Below, piece after piece: positions 1 to 13,559 of a stretch of DNA of 64,000 nt. Position numbers and translations under genes: made by a program. How positions within the stretch are numbered: position 1 is the first letter of the stretch; each line of letters begins with the position of its first letter. The notes beneath the pieces were generated by a model that had not been told where the DNA came from, did not search any database, and was given only the letters and a program-made list of their open reading frames with translations. Origin of the DNA: Anthoceros angustus (Eukaryota > Plantae > Anthocerotophyta); NCBI GenBank assembly GCA_010909165.1, contig MU008158.1, forward strand, positions 124,001 through 188,000, in the 5' to 3' direction.

Positions 1-401
1 AAGAATCAACATGTGGAGGACTAGGTGTGTCATCTTCTGAATTTTCAGTTCGAGCTGACTCATGTGAAGGAGAAAAATGCAGACTTGAATCTTCTACAAT
101 GTTAGAAGAATATAGTTCACAAAAGGTGACACTACGAGCAAGTGTGAGTTTCCTGGTCTTAGGGTCATACAACTTGTAGGCTTTACTTTCCTCAGAATAG
201 CCTACAAAAAAATAGGGCCTGGACCTATCATCTAACTTCCGACGTTTGGACACAAGAATGAACACAAAAGCAAGGGAGCTAAAGACACGAAGATGCAGCC
301 AACTGGGTTTGTAAAGAGGCTGTGGGAACTCTGTTTAAGATATAAGTAGCCGTCACAATCGCCTCTGCCTAATATCCCTTTGGAAGTCCTGACTAGGAGA
401 T

Positions 402-1372
402 CTAGAGCATGCTACATGTCATCCCCATCAAAGTCTGATTTTTTCTCTCAGCCACTCCATTTTGCTGAGGAGTGTATGGAACTGTGAGTTGCCTGTGAAT
501 TCCATTTTTCTGACAAAGATCATCATACTTCTGCCCAAGAAATTCCCCACCATTATCAGTTCGTAGACATTTAACTAACTTGCCAGTTTGTTGTTGAACT
601 AGGGGAATCCAAGCGGCTATCTTATCAAATGCCTCACTCTTCAACTTCAAAGGAAATGTCCAAGTGAATTGAGAGTAGTCATCTGTAAGAGTTAGATAAT
701 ACCAAGCGCCACCCAAGGAAAAGACTTGCAGATTGCCAGCAATATCAGCATGGACAAGCTCAAGTACCTCAGTGGCCCTAGTAGCATCCTTGTTCTTGAA
801 GGTAATTCCTTCTGCTTGGATAAGATACATGATTTGCAAGCAGAAAGGTCCTTGAATTGAGCTGGAAGTTTCTCCTTGTAACAGTCCATAGAAGACATCA
901 AGCTCAATTTCGCCTTGTTGATATGACCAAGGCGAGCATGCCAAAGTTCAGCAACTGTTTTTGCCGATGTAGCAACAGCAGCTTGCTGAACTTGGGACAG
1001 CACTTGTAGCTGATAACGTTCATTAACCAGTACACCTCTTGCTGTGCACAGATCAAGGTTGGAAATTTTATACAAGCAGTAGCTGTTCAATTCAAATCTG
1101 AATCCAATCAAAGCTGATTGTGTAAGAGCTCTTATAGAGAGCAAATTCTTCGACATTCGAGGAACAAAGAGAGCATCCAGCAATTGCAACTGTGAACCAT
1201 CAGCAAGAGGTATGTCAATTGAACCACTACCCTTCACATCAACTCCACGAGAATCTCCCATATAGACCAACTGCTTCTCCTTCTTACTGTGGAAGGTTGA
1301 GAACATGAGTCGATTGTTACAGACATGGGCTGTAGCCCCAGAGTCTATGAACCAAAAGTGGAGAGACTTCAC
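402..1372 (-). pseudogene. copia-1 protease/integrase region, frameshifted
   Basis: ORFs 692..1372 (DSGA protease, LWHARLGH) and 402..944 (rve core) overlap in different frames. Confidence 0.9.
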
Positions 1373-1930
1373 GAAAAGAAGTAAGGCAGACCGTGAAAAC
1401 AGAAGAACTACTCTTAGATGCGGACTGCGAGGAAGATCCCTTGGAAGCTACATGAGCTACAGGTTTGGAATCCTTCCGTGGCTCACCAGCCTTCTTCTTG
1501 CGACAATCTCGTTCCCAGTGACCTGGAATATATTTGACACCAATTGCAAGTACCTTCACGTTTGGCAGTAGCGGGAGCAGGTGTTGGGTACTTTTTCTTC
1601 TTCCCCTTGTCTCTCCCCTGCCCAAACATTTTTCCCTTAAATGCAACAAGGACCTTATCCGTGCGCACCCTTGCGGTGCCACCAGATCGTGTCCTACTCT
1701 GTTCCTCTTGATGTAGAGCGGCAATGAGCTCATTGAGGGTAAGAGTGGGTGCAGTTCCAGCTTTCACTACGGACACAGAAGAACGCAACAAAGAATTTTG
1801 ACTTGAGACGAATTGCTGATAGGAGGGAGGAAGGCTGGATAGGAGCTGAGCCACAACATCAATATCCTCAAGCTTGCTTCCAAGCATGGAGAGCTGCGCC
1901 TTGAGGTATCTGAATTTGTTGATGTGCGCT
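1317..1930 (-). pseudogene. copia-1 gag, C-terminal half with CCHC zinc knuckle
   Basis: HINKFRYLKAQLSMLGSKLEDIDVVAQLLSSLPPSYQQFV (UBN2-type gag); the knuckle is split by a frameshift (CNWC / PGHWERDC). Confidence 0.85.
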
Positions 1931-2311
1931 TGTCATGGCACACAGTGGTAGGAAGAGGTAGATAAGAATCTGAGTGTGATGGTGTGTGTGTGCTATGTGT
2001 GTGGTGGCATGATGAGTGGCATGGGTATGGAAATAGGATGGTGTCATGGCTATGTGGACCATACAAGGAATCGGTCAAGCGCAATTAAGGCTCGTGGCGA
2101 AGATCTCCCGGCATGTGCGGGTGTGATCACGGCGCTTGATTCGGGCCGATTAAGATCGGCGGCGGTGTAGGCTACAAAGTCCGGCAATCCGTCATTGAGG
2201 CGGATTGTTGATGTCGATTCAATAAGACGGAGATCCCAAGCATTTTGAGCACCTTGTGATGCTTGGTATGGTGTGTGCATAGGACAACCATCCCAAGTCA
2301 GAATTTTTGCA
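1931..2311 (+). repeat. Terminal repeat A1 (copy A2 at about 15560-15936)
   Basis: ggtag(g/a)aagaggtagataagaatc...gataaccatcccaag...tttttgc is shared with 15570-15936. A1 begins TG and ends CA. Confidence 0.85.
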
Positions 2312-2399
2312 CATCAACAATCCATCTTTGGTGAAGCCACACAGGCAACGCGACTCGAAGGGTCGAGAGGGGCCCGAGATTCGAGCGGAAGACGGAGAA

Positions 2400-5300
2400 G
2401 AGGAATCAATCGGTGACCCCAAGGTGAGCGACACGGTAAGTCCATGGTAGGCGAGAAAACACCTTGGATTATTCACGGCTGTTTTATGCAGGCAGATCCA
2501 TTCAGGAGTGGGCCGATCTGGTGGAGCTGGAAGCGACAGATTTTTGGCAACGTCTCTGGAGTGAGGTGATTGACAAGCTGGCATGGTTGGCGGACTGGAC
2601 GCGGGAAGGAACTGACACCAACTTTGACGGAATGCCTTACATAGTCTCTCGCAGGGGGAGGGATTGATAGTGATGGTGTTAGTTACGGTGTGGTGGACGA
2701 ACGAAAGCACACCGACAACGGCTTACAATCCCGGCATGCCTTCGTCCGTAGGACAAGTGGTCGCTTTGAGTGAGTCACACTATCGATCCATTGACTTTGA
2801 AGAAAAGCCAGGGATGGATTATGAACCAGCCAAAGAAAATGATGTGTTCACGGTAGACACGGTAGTATGTCTCTTGCGACTTTGAAGAGAAGTTCGGATG
2901 GGCGATTGATGAGATGGTGCTCAAATACAAGTCCGAGTTCACACCGGAGATGGCACTCAAAGATGAGCACGTTTCTAGCCGGTGAAGCTTTAACGCTATC
3001 GTGATCGCAAAGAAAAGATAGGATGCACACATGTCGCGAATGAAGCGGGCAAGGAAAGGCTCCAAGGTCGATGATGAAGAACCGGGATCATCGGGTTCAT
3101 CGCAATCCGAGGTCATCACTTATTTGGTGGACGAGATGTTCGTCAAGTTTGGTGAGATGTTCCGATCTTCCATTGAGAAAATCCAAGAGTTGTCAAAGTT
3201 TGTGATCAAGTAATGAGCCTCTAAGATCTGCATATCTACTTGCGGTGGTGAAAGACACCAAGGTGAAGACCATGAGGAGGAGCGCAAATATACATTGCCG
3301 CCAGAAGACAGAGGAGGGTGATCGCCAACTTTCGCATATGCTACATGGGGCAGATTTTAACGCTCTGAGTGAGGTGATTGACAAGTCGGCATGGTTGGCG
3401 GATCGACGCTGGAAGGAACACCAACTTTGACTAATGCCTTACATAGTCTCGCGGGGGAGGGATTGATAGTGATGGTGTTGTTACGGTCGGGGTGAATGAC
3501 AGCACAACAACAGCTTACAATCCGGACGACTTCCGTCCGTAGGACAAGTGGTCGGTTGAGTGGAGTCACACTCTATCGATCCATTGACTTTGAAGAAAAT
3601 CGTGGTGGCGCCGGGATGGATTATGAACCACCAAAGTGATGTGTTCACGGTAGACACGGTAGTATGTCTCTTGCGACTTTGAAGAGAAGTTCGGATGGGC
3701 GATTGATGAGATGGTGCTCAAATACAAGTCCGAGTTCACACCGGAGATGGCACTCAAAGATGAGCACGTTTCTAGCCGGTGAAGCTTTAACGCTATCGTG
3801 ATCGCAAAGAAAAGATAGGATGCACACATGTCGCGAATGAAGCGGGCAAGGAAAGGCTCCAAGGTCGATGATGAAGAACCGGGATCATCGGGTTCATCGC
3901 AATCCGAGGTCATCACTTATTTGGTGGACGAGATGTTCGTCAAGTTTGGTGAGATGTTCCGATCTTCCATTGAGAAAATCCAAGAGTTGTCAAAGTTTGT
4001 GATCAAGTAATGAGCCTCTAAGATCTGCATATCTACTTGCGGTGGTGAAAGACACCAAGGTGAAGACCATGAGGAGGAGCGCAAATATACATTGCCGCCA
4101 GAAGACAGAGGAGGGTGATCGCCAACTTTCGCATATGCTACATGGGGCAGATTTTAACGCTCTGAGTGAGGTGATTGACAAGTCGGCATGGTTGGCGGAT
4201 GGGCGGGAAGGAACACCAACTTTGACTAATGCCTTACATAGTCTCGCGGGGGAGGGATTGATAGTGATGGTGTTGTTACGGTCGGGGTGAATGACAGCAC
4301 AACAACAGCTTACAATCCGGACGACTTCCGTCCGTAGGACAAGTGGTCGGTTGAGTGGAGTCACACTCTATCGATCCATTGACTTTGAAGAAAATCGTGG
4401 TGGCGCCGGGATGGATTATGAACCACCAAAGTGATGTGTTCACGGTAGACACGGTAGTATGTCTCTTGCGACTTTGAAGAGAAGTTCGGATGGGCGATTG
4501 ATGAGATGGTGCTCAAATACAAGTCCGAGTTCACACCGGAGATGGCACTCGGAAAGATGAGCACGTTTCTAGCCGGTGAAGCTTTAACGCTATCGTGATC
4601 GCAAAGAAAAGATGCAGGATGCACACATGTCGCGAATGAAGCGGGCAAGGAAAGGCTCAAGGTCGATGATGAAGAACCGGGATCATCGGGTTCATCCCGA
4701 GGTCATCACTTATTTGGTGGACGAGATGTTCGTCAAGTTTGGTGAGATGTTCCAGTATCTTCCATTGAGAAAATCCAAGAGTTGTCAAAGTTTGTGATCA
4801 AGCCAATGAGCCTCTAAGATATCTACTGTTGAGGCGGTGGTGAAAGACACCAAGGTGAAGACCATGAGGGACGGCGCAAATATACATTGCCGCCGCCAGA
4901 AGACAGAGGAGGGTGATCGCCAACTTTCGCATATGCTACATGGGGCATTATGAGTTGGAGCGGTGCGAGATGGCGAAAGAGTTATGAAGGAGATCATCAC
5001 CAATGCTTCTTGGAGGAGCACAATGTGATCGAGGTCACCACTTGAACATTGAGCGGCACAGGAAGTCACATTATCGCGAGCATGTGCGGTGAACGCTCAG
5101 CAGAGTCGCCATCAAAGGATCAAGTGGCTCATATGTAAGCTTCAAGACATCCGTAAAAGTGTTTACGGTGCAAGGGGCCGCAGGCGTATGAATGTGAGCA
5201 TCGTGTTGGTGGGTCAAAGGAGAAGAGGCGTGCGGGGCATGTGGTAAAACCGGACATACGGAAGCCGCGGCAAGCCCATCTGAACTCAAACCCAAGGGCC
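2400..5300 (+). pseudogene. gypsy gag region, about 3 tandem degenerate copies, ending in a CCHC-like knuckle
   Basis: Repeated block (MSRMKRARKGSKVDDEEP...FVIK at 3031, 3828 and about 4630). CGACGKTGHTEAA at 5231-5269. Confidence 0.6.
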
Positions 5301-6439
5301 TAGGAGACCGAGCAATGGACAAGCGGTCTGCGAGCTACACTCGGAAGGCTTAGTGAGGTCAGTGGCAGAGCAGGCGCTATGAGCGTAAGCATAAACAAGG
5401 ACTCATGTGCGTCGGCAGAAACCTATGATTCGGACGAAGATGTGTTTGCGTTGATGACGGAAAGGTCAAGGCATATCAAAGTGGGAAGCATTGATTTCGG
5501 CAAGGGTGTAAAAGTGAAGACCGATGGGGATAGGAATCAGTTGAGAATGCCCAAGTCATTGAGATCCAGACGAGGACGACGCCACATCGTGATGAGGTTG
5601 TTCCTAAGAGATTCATGGAAAAGCCATGGATGTACCGTAAGTTTGCGGACCGGGATCCGGACACAACCGCTCAAGCAAGCAATGCGGGCATGGATTAAGA
5701 AGGAAGCCACCGAGTTGAACATGGTGTCCGGCTTGTCACCACGTGGTGATCATCTAAAGCCAGCTAGGGGAAAGGTGGAATAGCGTTAGTGAAGAATCGA
5801 ACGAGAAGTCACCGTCAATGGCTTTGCACCGGAGTGTGTGTTAGTAGACACGTGCGATCCGGTGTTGCTTGGGGCACGGTGCAAGAAGCACTCAATGTAT
5901 GGAGACAAGTCGTGCAGGAGGTACGGATCACCACATCCGCAGCACCAAAGAATGTGTGATGGGGATGACTCGCGATCCGATTCGGATAGAGTATAAGCCG
6001 TGAAGCAGATGCGTGTGGTGGAAGTACATTGTTTGGTTTCGATGCACGAAACTATGATGTGTTAGTGATGCTACGACGGGCCAATGGGGTGGATCCACGC
6101 ACTGGCATTTTATAGGCCAAAGTGGCGGATGGAGATTTCACATGTCGCAATTCCTCCGGACATGAGGAGGCATGGTGAAAGATCAAGAAGTATGTCGCTT
6201 TGGCGCAGAAAAGTGTTCACCGAGGGGAGGTGTGGGAAGAGACACAAGACCTGGCACGACACGAGGTGTCGAAAGAAAGCACAACATCGAATGATGTGCG
6301 CGTGAGCTGTACCCACCCGTAGAGGAAGCTTTGGAAAGAGAGCGTATTCGACAGCAGCGGATGCAAATATGGCGAATCACCGGCAATTGTCCGGAAAGAA
6401 GCCTGCCACAGCGAGCAATCATAGGAAATCTGGGGTTAC

Positions 6440-8640
6440 AAATCAATAACCAAGTGATTCGGTGGCGAGTCCATGAACAGGGCATCCATCTCATGGAGTT
6501 GTGTTCAGGAATTAGTAGCGGACTGGAGTGTGTGCTGCGATGTGGGATTCGGGTACGGAAGTATACATGTGTAGAAATTGATGAGAAGACTCGTGGCCAA
6601 ATCCGGATTATCGCTACAAAAATGCATCCGAGCTTGCCGAGTGTGGAAGCCATAAGAGGGTGCTGCATCAAACCGCCAATCGATGTGATGCTGGTGGAAA
6701 AGCATGCAATGAGATGCCCGGTTGACATGGTGATTGCGGAGGATGGGAGTGCAAGACCTTTTCCAAGGCCGGACGTGGTCAAGGCAAAAAGTGGGAAGCA
6801 TTGATTTCGGCAAGGGTGTAAAAGTGAAGACCGATGGGGATAGGAATCAATTGAGAATGCCCAAGTCATTCAGACAGATCCAGGACGAGGACGACGTCGC
6901 ACATCACGATGAGGTTGTTCCAATACAGATTACATTGGAAAAGCCATGGATGTACCTGGTAAGTTTGCGGGACACAGGGATCCACAACCGTTCAAGCAAG
7001 CAATGCGGGCATGGATTAAGAAGGAAGCCACCGAGTTGAACATGGTGTCCGGCTTGTCACCACGTGGTGATCACCTAAAGCCCGGCTAGGGGAAAGGTGG
7101 AATAGCGTTAGTGAAGAATCGAACGAGAAGTCACCGTCAATGGCTTTGCCGGTGTGTGTTAGTAGACACCGGTGCGATCCGGTGTTGGGGCAGGTGCGAA
7201 GCCTCAAGTATGGAGACAAGTCGGGGTGTGATGGATCACCACATCCGCAGTACCAAAGAATGTGATGGGGATGACTCGCGATCCGATTCGGATAGAGTAT
7301 AAGCCGAGAACAGATGCGTGTGTGGTGGAAGTACATTGTTTGGTTTCGGATGCGAAACTATGATGTGTGTTGTTGGGTGCAGATGCTACGGGCCAGAATG
7401 GGGTGGATCCGCACTCACGCATTTTATAGGCCAAAGTGGCGGGATGGAGATTTCACACATGTCGCGAATTCCTCTGGACATGAGGAGGCATGGTGAAAGA
7501 TCAAGAAGTATCTTTGGCGTTCACGGCGTGCAGAGTGTTCACCGAGGGAGGTGTGGAAGAAGACACGGCACGACACGAGGTGTCGAAGAAAGCACAACAT
7601 CGAATGATGTGCGCGTGAGTATACCCACCAGAGGAAGCTTTGGAAAGAGGCGTGTTCGACGGCGGATGCAAATATGGCGAATCACCGCAATTGTCCGGAA
7701 GAAGCTCGCCATGAAAGCAATCATAGGAAATCTGGGGTTACAAATCGATAACCAAGTGATTCGGTGGCGAGTGCATGAGCAGGCATCCATCTCATGGAGT
7801 TGTGTTCGAGAATTAGTAGTGGTGAGTGTGTCTTTGCGATGTGGGATTGATGCGGAAGTATACATGTGTAGAAATTGATGAGAAGACTCGGCGTGGCCAA
7901 ATCCGATTATCGCTACAAAAATGCATCCGAGCTTCGAGTGTGGAAGCCATAAGGGTGCGGACCAAGCGCCTTGCGATGTGATGCTGGTGGAAAAGCACAT
8001 GCTGCAATGAGATGCCCGGTTGACATGGTGATTGCGGGATGGGAGTGCAAGACCTTTTCCAAGGCGGACGTGGTCAAGGCAAGCAGTGTTGGCGGGGAAG
8101 TGATACGGATTCGAGAGAAGTGCATGCAATCCGGCATGTTGGTACTTGCTGGAGAATGTTTGCGGAGCTTTGACAAACGGGTCATGTGAGAGAAATTATG
8201 AAAAGGTCGAGTGGTGAGGAGTTCATCATTGGCCGTGCGCAGTCGTCGCTCATCGTCTCCGCCACGGGCCGAACATTGCAAGTGTGGAAACACTCAGGAT
8301 CAGTTTAACCACACCAACTAAGCGGAACTGGATGGGATCCTTGAGGAGGCGCGATCGCAGTGAGCAGGATGGATAGGCTGCCACACTATCCTCCAATATT
8401 GTGGGAGAGCCCAGAGAGCTTGGCCCACATCGTCGCAAGAGCCACCATATGCCTTTCGCCGAGGTGGTGCATGGTATTGAACATGAATGGTGAGGAGATG
8501 GGGAACCCACGATTGTAGAGCGGAACGAGCGATGGGTTTTGACGATGGCAGCACCTATACGCGAGGTGTGTCAAGCTTTCGATGCAAACTGGGACAAGCA
8601 TTTGACGACTGTGTGCAATGGTTGGTGAGTGGAATAGCCA
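6440..8640 (+). pseudogene. C5-cytosine DNA methyltransferase catalytic domain, DNMT3-like, inside gypsy pol (duplicated, frameshifted)
   Basis: Motif I/II IHLMELCSGISSGLECVLRCGIRVRKYTCVEID (from 6484); motif IV PVDMVIAGWEC (8016-8048); motif VI WYLLENV (ENV 8152-8160); motif VIII AHRLR (8248); motif IX/X ERAMGFDDGSTYTRGVS..RCKLGQAF (ORF 8487..8801; copies at 8928 and about 9800). The motifs are in canonical order. Confidence 0.88.
7111..7302 (+). pseudogene. Retroviral-type aspartic protease (second degenerate copy near 5830-5900)
   Basis: CVLVDTGA motif. Confidence 0.7.
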
Positions 8641-9493
8641 CAAATGAATGCAAGTCGATAGAGGAAGGTCGCATGATGATGGGTGACGGGAAGAGTTTCA
8701 AATCGGGACAAGTACCCAAATCGCAAATAGTGCGGAAGTATCGTCACGAGTGGAAAGCAGTGGGCATTCAACTCATGTATGGCAAATATGTGAGGACTTG
8801 AATAGCGAGGATGGATAGGTTGCCACACTATCCTGTCAATATTGTGGGAGAGCCCAGAGAGCTTGGCCCTGAGTCGTCTGGCTCACCATATGCCTTTCGC
8901 CGAGGTGGTGCATGGTATTGAACATGAATGGTGAGGAGATGGGGAACCCACGATTGTAGAGCGGAACGAGCGATGGGTTTTGACGATGGCAGCACCTATA
9001 CGCGAGGTGTGTCAAGCTTTCGATGCAAACTGGGACAAGCATTTGACGACTGTGTGCAATGGTTGGTGAGTGGAATAGCCACAAATGAATGCAAGTCGAT
9101 AGAGGAAGGTCGCATGATGATGGGTGACGGGAAGAGTTTCAAATCGGGACAAGTACCCAAATCGCAAATAGTGCGGAAGTATCGTCACGAGTGGAAAGCA
9201 GTGGGCATTCAACTCATGTATGGCAAATATGTGAGGACTTGAATAGCGAGGATCAGGATCCGGAGATGCCGGAGAAGAATCGGGTACCTTCGCTCACCGG
9301 CAAGAGCTGGGACGTTATGAGCGCATCAAGTTCAAAATCATCACTACTACCAACGAGCTCAAGACAAGTTGAGCCCAAAGAGTGGGACATTGTGGATAAA
9401 CGGTGTAGGGAACTTGCACTGGATTAATTCGGAAATCAAGTTCACAAGATGTCGCTACCACGGTCCTTCCGCTAAAGAAAGACGAAACGGCGA

Positions 9494-11671
9494 ATGGAAG
9501 GACAGCGGATGTGTGGAGATTATCGGGCGCTGAATGAGGTAACGCCTATGGAGCGATATCCCATGCCTACCCCAGATGAAATCTTTGACGCGATTGGCGA
9601 AGCCAAGTATTTTACGACGTTGGACTTCCGTTCTGGATTCAATCAAATCGTCATCGAAGAAGAAGACAAGTGTAAAACGGCTTTCTGGGGCAAAGAACAG
9701 TTGTGGGAGTGGGAGACGATGCCTTTTGGGCTGAAAAACGCTTCCATCTACTTTCGAGGTGGTGCGGGCATGGTATTGAACATGAATGGTGAGGAGATGG
9801 GGAACCCACGATTGTAGAGCGGGAGCAGCGATGGGTTTTGACGATGGCAGCACCTATACGCGAGGTGTGTCAAGCTTTCGGATGCAAACCGGACAAGCAT
9901 TTGACGACTGTGTGCAATGGTTGGTGAGTGTGGGAATAGCCACACGGTGAATCTGTCGAGATAGGAAGGTCGTGCGATGATGGGTGACGGGAAGAGTTTC
10001 CGTCAATCGGACAAGTACCCAAATGCGAATAGTGCGGAAGAAGTATCGTCAGTGGAAAGCACGAGTGGGCATTCAACTCATGTATGGCAAATATGTGAGG
10101 ACTTGAATAGATCGGATCACGAGGATCCGGAGATCTTTGGAGAAGAATCGGGTACCTTGCGTTCGGTGGCAAGAGAGCTGGGACGTTATGAGCGCATCAA
10201 GTTCAAAATCATCACTACTACCAATGAGCGGTTTTAGAAGGCGGCACAAGTTGAGCCAGAGTGGGACATTGTGGATAAACGGTGTAGGGAACTTGCTGCG
10301 GTGGATTAATTCGAAATCAAGTTCACGGTATCTGCGCCACGGTCCTTCCGCTAAAGAAAGAGGCAAGCGAATGGAAGGACAGGCGGATGTGTGGAGATTC
10401 GAGCGAATGAGGTAACGCCTATGGAGCGATATCCCATGCCTACCCCGGATGAAATCTTTGACGCGATTGGCGAAGCCAAGTATTTCTGACGTTGGACGAT
10501 TGGTTCAATCAAATGTCATCGAAGAAGAAGACAAGTGTAAAACGGCTCGGGGCAAAGATTGTGGGAATGGGAGCGATGCCTTTTGGGCTGAAAACGCTTC
10601 CATCTACTTTCGGTGGCGAGACTTGGAGTTGCAAGGATTACCATTCGTGAGGTGTTACATTGATGACATTTTGGTGTTAGCGGCTGAGGAACACATTCAA
10701 CACCTCGAAGCGTTCTGCGGTATCGGGTCAAGGCACATCAAAGAAGTGTAAGTTTGCTTACAAGGAGATAGAATATTTGGGTCACAAGATTGTGCCGGAG
10801 GCGTCTGCCGCGGGCGGTCGTTGTCAATCTTATGCCAAGACCAAGGGCGTGCGTTGAGAGCATTCTTGGGACTCGTCAACTATTATCGCCGATTCATCGG
10901 AACATGAGCGGCACTTGCAAGGTATTGTATGATCCGATGAAAAGGGGCACGATGGATGGGGAGAAACATGAACATGCTTGGCGGAGTTAAAGGATCAATT
11001 GTCGAAGGCCCATGCTCAAAGCGGCTGATTTTGAAAAACCGTTCACTCTGTATCTGCATTAAATGGCGGAGGCTTGCTTGCAGGTGGATCGGGAAGGAAA
11101 AGAAAGAGTGATTGCGTGTATGGGTCGAACAATTCGGAAGCCAATTATTATCGTATGAGGGTGAATGTTTGGCTGCGGTGTGGGCGATTCTACATTTAAT
11201 TCGAAATCAAGTTCACGGTATCTGCGCCACGGTCCTTCCGCTAAAGAAAGACGAAACGGCGAATGGAAGGACGGATGTGTGGAGATTATCGGGCGCTGAA
11301 TGAGGTAACGCCTATGGAGCGATATCCCATGCCTACCCCGGATGAAATCTTTGACGCGATTGGCGAAGCCAAGTATTTCTGACGTTGGACTTCCGTTGAT
11401 TCAATCAAATGTCATCGAAGAAGACAAGTGTAAAACGGCTCGGGGCAAAGAACTTGTGGGAATGGGAGCGATGCCTTTTGGGCTGAAAACGCTTCCATCT
11501 ACTTTCGGAGGGTGGCGAGACTTGGAGTTGCAAGGATTACCATTCGTGAGGTGTTACATTGATGACATTTTGGTGTTAGCGGCGGAACACATTCAACACC
11601 TCGAAGCGTTCTGCGGGATCGATTCGGTGAAGGCACATCAAAGAAGTGTAAGTTTGCTTACAAGGAGATAG
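9494..11671 (+). pseudogene. gypsy reverse transcriptase (3 partial tandem copies)
   Basis: DYRALNEVTPMERYPMP..IFDAIGEAKYFTTLDFRSGFNQI...KTAF...MPFGLKNA; FVRCYIDDILV in ORFs 10449 and 11342. Confidence 0.95.
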
Positions 11672-12200
11672 AATATTTGGGCCACAAGATTGTGCGAGGC
11701 GTCTTGCCAACGGCGAAGGTGCGGTGTCAATCTTATGCCAAGACCAAGGGACGTAGCCGCGTTGAGAGCATTCTTGGGACTCGTCAACTATTATCGCCGA
11801 TTCATCGAACATCAAAGCACGCACTTGCAAGGTATTGTATGATCCGATGAAAAGGGAGCACAGTGGGAGCAAACATGAACATGCTTGGCGGAGTTAAAGG
11901 ATCAATTGTCGAAGGCCCATGCTCAAAGCGGCTGATTTTGAAAAACCGTTCACTCTGTACCGAGTGCAACCGGAATCGGAGTCCTTGCAGGTGGATCGGG
12001 AAGGAAAAGAAAGAGTGATTGCGTGTCAGGTATTGTGAAGCCAATTATTCGTCGTATGAGGGTGAATGTTTGGCTGCGGTGTGGGCGATTCTTTAATTTA
12101 TTTGTTCGGCAGAGCTTCCAACTCGTGATCGATCACCGGTAATTTGGTTAATGACGAACATGAAGTTGAGTGGCAAGCTCGCAAGGTGGGCGTTCTGCTC
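10950..12200 (+). pseudogene. gypsy RNase H (2 copies)
   Basis: LQVDREGKERVIA...Y(S)SYEGECLAAVWAI motif at about 11080-11190 and 11990-12090. Confidence 0.8.
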
Positions 12201-12499
12201 GAGAATATGATATGCACATAGTGCAAGGCGAGCAAAAGTACATCACAATGCGGATGGACTTAGCGAACCCGATTTTGATGACAAAGATGGACTGGTGCGG
12301 CGATTTTGATCATGCTCGTTACATGCCAAGCATGTATATGGCTCTCATGGCCACAAGTCGTGAAGGAAGAAAACAACTCAATGAGGGAGGACGAGACATA
12401 TGGAAATATGGGCATGCTATTCGGCTATTGAAGGAAGGACAAGTAGTTGGACTAGATCATGCCATTCAAAAGCTCGGAAGGTCATGAGGTATACGAGGG

Positions 12500-13400
12500 A
12501 TGGCAAATGTTAGTATGGAGTGTGTAAAATGGTCCCTCCCATAGAGGAACGGAGCAGATAGTGAGTAAAGTGCACAAGACACTTGGGCACTTGTAAAAAG
12601 GACGCATCATATCTTTGAAGAGTGCCTATTTTTGGTCCGGAATGTACTCGACGTCGAGCGAGTGGTGTCGAGATGTCGCTTGTGATGCGATCAAAGCAAG
12701 GTTCAACGGCCGGATGTGGTGTTGCATTGCCTATTCGGGTCTGTTCTTTCGATGGTCCGTTGACCTCATGCGAGCTACCATTGACCAAGCAAGGCAACAA
12801 GCATTGTATGCTCATGATAGAACACTTCTCCAAGTGGGTGGAATTGGCATTCCTTCCATCGAACTTCCCAATTCACGGCGAGCTTTCTGTGTTTTGAGCG
12901 GATATGGAAGGCATGCGGAGGTCTGACGGTCAGAAGCGAATTGAGGAGAGTTCCAAGCGTTGTTGGATCGGAGTTTGATAGATCACGCGTCAGGATCATC
13001 CTCGAGCGATGGTTTAGCGAGAAGGTGCAAACTTTCAAGGATTCACCGCCGCTTGAAGATCGAGCCTAATTGTTGGGATGAGTTGCTACCCACGCTTGCC
13101 TCGGCTGATCGATGTGCAGCCCACAGGCAACTTCCCTATTACTACATCATGTTTGGCGGGAATCTTCTTTGCCCAACATAGTGGCGAACACATATTCCAA
13201 ACCGATGGGTGGACACAAGATGTGGATGAGTGTTGCTCGAGTTACGAAACCGCCAAGTTGTTACAACGTGATACCCATGGCGATGGACAATCGCCATCGC
13301 ATGTCAGATCAATTGAGGTATGCATTCACACGAGGAGGATCATGGAAGCCAAAGGCGAGAAAGTTGAGTGGTGATTTCTGTATCTTCAACATCGTCCGGC
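12500..13400 (+). pseudogene. gypsy DDE integrase
   Basis: HKTLGH...YFWSGM zinc finger, LPLTKQGNKHCMLMIEHFSKWVE, HP.SDGLA...VQTFK, PYYIMFG. Confidence 0.85.
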
Positions 13401-13559
13401 ACTTTGGACGTAAACACGGTTGATTTTGAGAGTGGTGAGCGTTGGTGAGCAAGGGTCATCGAGTTGGAAGGGCAAGATGGATGCAAGGAGCACATCGACA
13501 TCGGCCTGCCACTTGAATCTTGATACGCGCATACAACCACAAGCATGGAAGCCACTGTT

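Noticed and set aside
6331-8801. Host DRM/DNMT3 gene disrupted by TEs
   Set aside because: No introns, UBA, PWWP or ADD context; the domain is collinear between PR and RT inside TSD-bounded termini.
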